Shown here one piece after another: positions 59,584-64,000 of a stretch of 64,000 bases of DNA. Source of the stretch: Eledone cirrhosa (lineage: Eukaryota); the NCBI GenBank assembly GCA_964016885.1, contig OZ024742.1:333374001-333438000 (forward strand). The letters are read 5' to 3'. Every line of letters starts with the position of its first letter. The first letter of the stretch is position 1. The notes under the pieces were generated by a model. That model made no database searches, was not told the DNA's origin, and saw only the letters and a program-made list of their open reading frames with translations. Made by a program: the position numbers and the translations under genes.

Positions 59584-59799
59584 CTTACATACATATACTT
59601 AAATGTATGTACACGCACGCACATCTTTATATAAATAGTTACACATACATATGTATATATATATATATATATATATGAACAGCTAAAAATATCCCATTAA
59701 ACACTAAGACGCTTATATTCTTATCTGAGAGTGTATTTATAGTATTCGTAAGAATGAAAAATATATATATGCATACAAACACCCCTATACACAATTACG

Positions 59800-59872
<73 letters not shown>

Positions 59873-60289
59873 TCATACACCGACATACAGATACGTAGCC
59901 ACAAGATGTCATAAAATATTACCATCAGTTTGACACACTATATGAGAATTACTTCCATTTGTGATAAACACCTCCGAATGTTTACAATTTCCAATGAAGC
60001 ATGACTTTGGTGTCACAGTCATCAAGTCATCTTGCCGACGCTCTCTTGCTGGTTGTCATCGGCTTGACGAAATAGACCCCACCCTAGGTGATAGTAGTCT
60101 GAACCATATTAGTGGAAATGGGGTTGGAGTTTGTGGCAATGGTAGCGATGTGGGTAGCATTAGTAAAAGTATGACATCTGTTTCTGAAATATCGAGGATG
60201 CAAACACATAAACACGCACACATACACACATACGCACATACACACGCACGTACATATATATATATATATAAATCCATACATTTCTCCAT

Positions 60290-61110
60290 TACTCTCTTAC
60301 GTGTCCCAGCCGACAGTCTGGGGTCATGTTGAGGCACTGCCATTGAGGCTACACTTTCTACAGCTGTCTTTCCTTGGTTGGCCATTGATGCAAAAATGGA
60401 GTTTGTTGCTGCCGCCCTTATTTTGGGCTTTAACATGTGCTATGGGTTCTTCCGGGATTTTCGTCAAAAACATGTCAACATGCGTCTTGAAAACATCTAC
60501 ATGCACACTATGTAGATTTCTCAGAATTATGGTTGCGTATTAAGGGGCTGGGACGCTTTGATCTCCAGGCTATTGCAGTATGTGGGAGGGGACATTTGGC
60601 AAACTGTGGATATTTTCATGAGTTCTTAAAAGACATAATTCAAACTGTTGCAGCCAACTAGGCGCCCTCAAAGGAAACGAAAATAACAAGCGGTCTGCCA
60701 CAAGCACCCGTCTTGGGACCACAATTGTTAGTGATGGCTTTATAAGACAAGCCCTCTGTAATCTGGACGGCCTCCCTCACAAGCTTTACTGATAACACGA
60801 ATGTAGCACAGCCAACCAACGAACCGGCTGATGCTACTCTCTTGTCAGATTTAGATGTCATATAAAAACGTACTACGACAACTATATGTAATTTATTGCC
60901 AGAACTTTTCGAATGGGCTATAGTCAACAATAAGCAATTTAATGTAGGTAAGTTTCCATCATTCGATTATCAACCCATGAATATAGGATCAGCACAGCAA
61001 AAGTAAACTGTATCAGAAGAAATAGAAATGCCTGAATCAAAATCAATACGAGACCTGGTATTTGGTATGAACAATATTGCATCGTTTCAAGCACATATCA
61101 CCAAAATGAC
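60290..61110. pseudogene. Decayed CR1/Jockey-group LINE with internal inversion
   Basis: Plus strand 60690-61110: SGLPQAPVLGPQL..SFTDNT..FEWAIVNNKQFNVGK..IRDL. Minus strand 60400-60590: LRN..VDVFKTHVDMFLTKIPEEP. Confidence 0.65.
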
Positions 61111-61199
61111 GGTCTGTGTAGTATGATTAAAATATGCATTTACAGATGTCAAATCTTGTGTCCAGCCATGGTTGAGAATCATAAGATGGTGTGCGAAGA

Positions 61200-61900
61200 T
61201 TAACAAAATTAAATTTATATACTATATTTTTCCTAAGGCAATAGACATTTAGGGGGCATTTACTTGGTAAGAACACAGTTATACTCAGTTGGATTTAGTA
61301 TATGTGCATGACAGTATGCTAGGTATGTTATTAAGTGGTGTAGAGTTACGGTACTGAGAGTTGTTTAATTTATTTTGAAAATTCATATTAGTGAAACACC
61401 AAAAGTTTTGGTTTTGAGTATAATATAGGTTTAGGTCTGAATTTTCGGGCGATCATAAGAGGCTAAATATCAGCCAGATTAGGTGACGCAAAGATGTGTA
61501 TATTTATAGAGTTTCCATATTAATTGATAATACCTGTGTTCAGATGGAACATTTTTATATATGATTCTAATGAATAGTTTAGGAATATTTGAGACAACAT
61601 GAATTCCGAAAGTTGTAATCGACTGGGAAGTGCTTTAATTTGAGAAACTGTTGATACTAAAAAAAAACGATTACTTCGTGGAAGAGTCATGTTAGGCAAT
61701 GTGAAAAGAAACAACTGTTAACGGAGCTTTTTTTTATCATTTAGATCCTAAGATGAAAACAATCGTCATACTGTATGTGGCATATAACGCCCCAAACACT
61801 GTGACAATGGGAAATACCTGAATGATATATATTAATGTTAACTCTGTTTTATATTTTAAAAGTCTAAAATGACATATCAGCTCAGTAATCTTCGCGTCCA
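61200..61900 (-). pseudogene. Highly decayed Naiad-type PLE ORF fragment
   Basis: SNIPKLFIRIIYKNVPSEHRYYQLI and CPLNVYCLRKNIVYK resemble the family-2 protein. Confidence 0.5.
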
Positions 61901-62429
61901 TAGAAGTTGGTATATAAAAGAGTATTGAGATATAAATGTTTATGAATAATATGCTACCTTCCGACTATATGCAGTATGCATCTCTCCTGCGTCATATCCT
62001 TAAGCGATACATACATTTATATATCATTTCTAAAAACGAGTTCTGAAGTTTCATGAAATATCTCCAACCATTTTACTAGCAATCATTGTTTAATGTGTTT
62101 AAATTGGCCCTACCAACAAATGTTATAATTATGACTTATCTGAAATAATGTAAATCGGACATTATTTTACAATGTGTTCATTTATTTATTCATGAGAAGA
62201 TGAAGTAATAATTTGTTTAAATGTTGCTGTTATTTCTAGCATGTGGAGAATCCACATATAATACTTTTGTTGTTTCGTATATGAATGTGTATATTTATGT
62301 ATGATTTTACTTGAAATATATTCCATTTCATTCTTTTTCCTAAAATTGAAGACTGTCACAACCAACTGACAATCAATATTGATTGAATCATGAATTTTCC
62401 ATGAAATTTGTTAAATGCATATATATATG

Positions 62430-62489
<60 letters not shown>

Positions 62490-62528
62490 TATATGTATGT
62501 ATATATATATGTATATACATTTATATGT

Positions 62529-63133
62529 CAGGTCACCAGTTGGTGCTACTGGTAACATGTATCCCAGTATAACCTGTCTCATGGTCGGGTCGTTGGCGAC
62601 TAAACTGGCAACCCCACCAAGGTTTCTTGGTGAGGAGGGTGACTTTGGACATCCTGCAGGACTAAAAACAAAACCTGTCAAAGCGCGAAGGAGCTCTTAA
62701 GAGTCAATGGCCATCCAAAATCACCGGGAGAGATGACCCCTTAGCCTTTGTCAAGGCAGAATTCTAGGAGAAGGAAAACTCTGATATAACACCTGCAAAC
62801 CTGATGGTATCCAATGATGTTGACTTCTTCTTTTTGGTAAATATCATCTTGGTTAAGAGAGTGGGACTGGTTTGTGCAGCGCCTTTGCTCACTATAAAAG
62901 CTTCACGGCACAGGCATTGCTTTATATCTGGAGATCTCTCTGCACTTGTCATCACATGGTACCATGGGCCCAGCACTATGTGTCAATAATTGTCACAAGT
63001 GTAGTGTTTGTACCAGAGTTTTCAAGTCGCTGGCTGTACTAAAAAGTCACACTTGTTCAGCGCATCGGTAGGAGTTCTCCAACATGGATATAAAGTAGTG
63101 GCCGTACTCGAAAACGAGTTGGCAGGCACCATA
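62529..63133 (+). mobile_element. Second, 5'-longer copy of the RTE 5'-UTR-like repeat
   Basis: Matches 32296-32845. Confidence 0.7.
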
Positions 63134-63358
63134 TATATATGTATACATAAAAAGAATTGTGGTAAGCAACCAGATGGACAATAACACACCAGAGTACTCA
63201 ATACTTAGGGTAGTAGAGTGGGAAATAGGAAAAAGTAAGATCCCGACGGCAGAACTCAAGCCGTTTCGACAGCTATTTCTGGACTAAATTAGAATTTTTT
63301 AGCCTGGCTAAAAAATTCTAATTTAGTCCAGAAATAGCCGTTGTTTCTTTTCACATTG

Positions 63359-63511
<153 letters not shown>

Positions 63512-63884
63512 ATGTGTGGACATATGGGTGTGTCGATATATGTATATATATATATATATATGTGTGTATGTGTGGACATATGGGTGTGTCGATAAATGTA
63601 GCTGCTTTTCTTTGACATGCAAACAGATTTTGACCGATCAACAATAAGCCGAACATAAAATATATCGAGTTATCAATGCTGAAAAGATCTCTCAGCTTAG
63701 GTACTGGACAAAGGCAAAAACAGAATTGATTTTCTTCACTTCCTTTCTTTAAACTTTTTTTTTCTTTCCCTCCTTTCTCTGTATTTCTCGGTATAATACA
63801 TTCCACATTATTTCGTTCTTTCGCTTATTCTTTTCCTGTCTTGAATATATATATAAGTATATGTATATATATATATATATACAC

Positions 63885-63922
<38 letters not shown>

Positions 63923-64000
63923 GTGCCATACTTTCACACACACATATATATGCTTCTGCGTCTGTGTGTTTGAGAGTGTTATATGATACGCAATATTGTA

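Overview
This is a eukaryotic, AT-rich, microsatellite-dense window with no recognisable host gene. The SINE types and (TA)n density suggest an octopus or related cephalopod (inference). It is dominated by Penelope-like retroelements (PLEs) sitting in (TA)n tracts. Three distinct Naiad-type PLE families lie on the minus strand: one with an intact ~800-aa RT plus GIY-YIG ORF and paired pseudo-LTRs (pLTRs), and two disrupted. There is also a Neptune-type fragment, many solo pLTR ends with fold-back inversions, and about ten hammerhead-ribozyme (HHR) motifs. At least two non-coding, HHR-bearing, terminally redundant units of ~440-480 nt look like retrozymes. A Tx1/L1-clade LINE sits in an (ATT)n tract, and there are RTE, CR1 and mariner relics and tRNA-derived SINEs. 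The main candidate novelty is a bulged RNA hairpin, RCUC-[stem-loop]-UN-GAGY, with covarying inner stems. It recurs in more than 10 otherwise dissimilar element ends, ~30-70 nt inside the 3' end and again 5-9 nt beyond it, in both coding PLEs and a non-coding HHR unit. Together with cross-family chimeric insertions, this suggests a shared RT-recognition signal linking autonomous Naiads and parasitic ribozyme RNAs. All alignments and folds were done by eye, so coordinates are approximate to a few nt.
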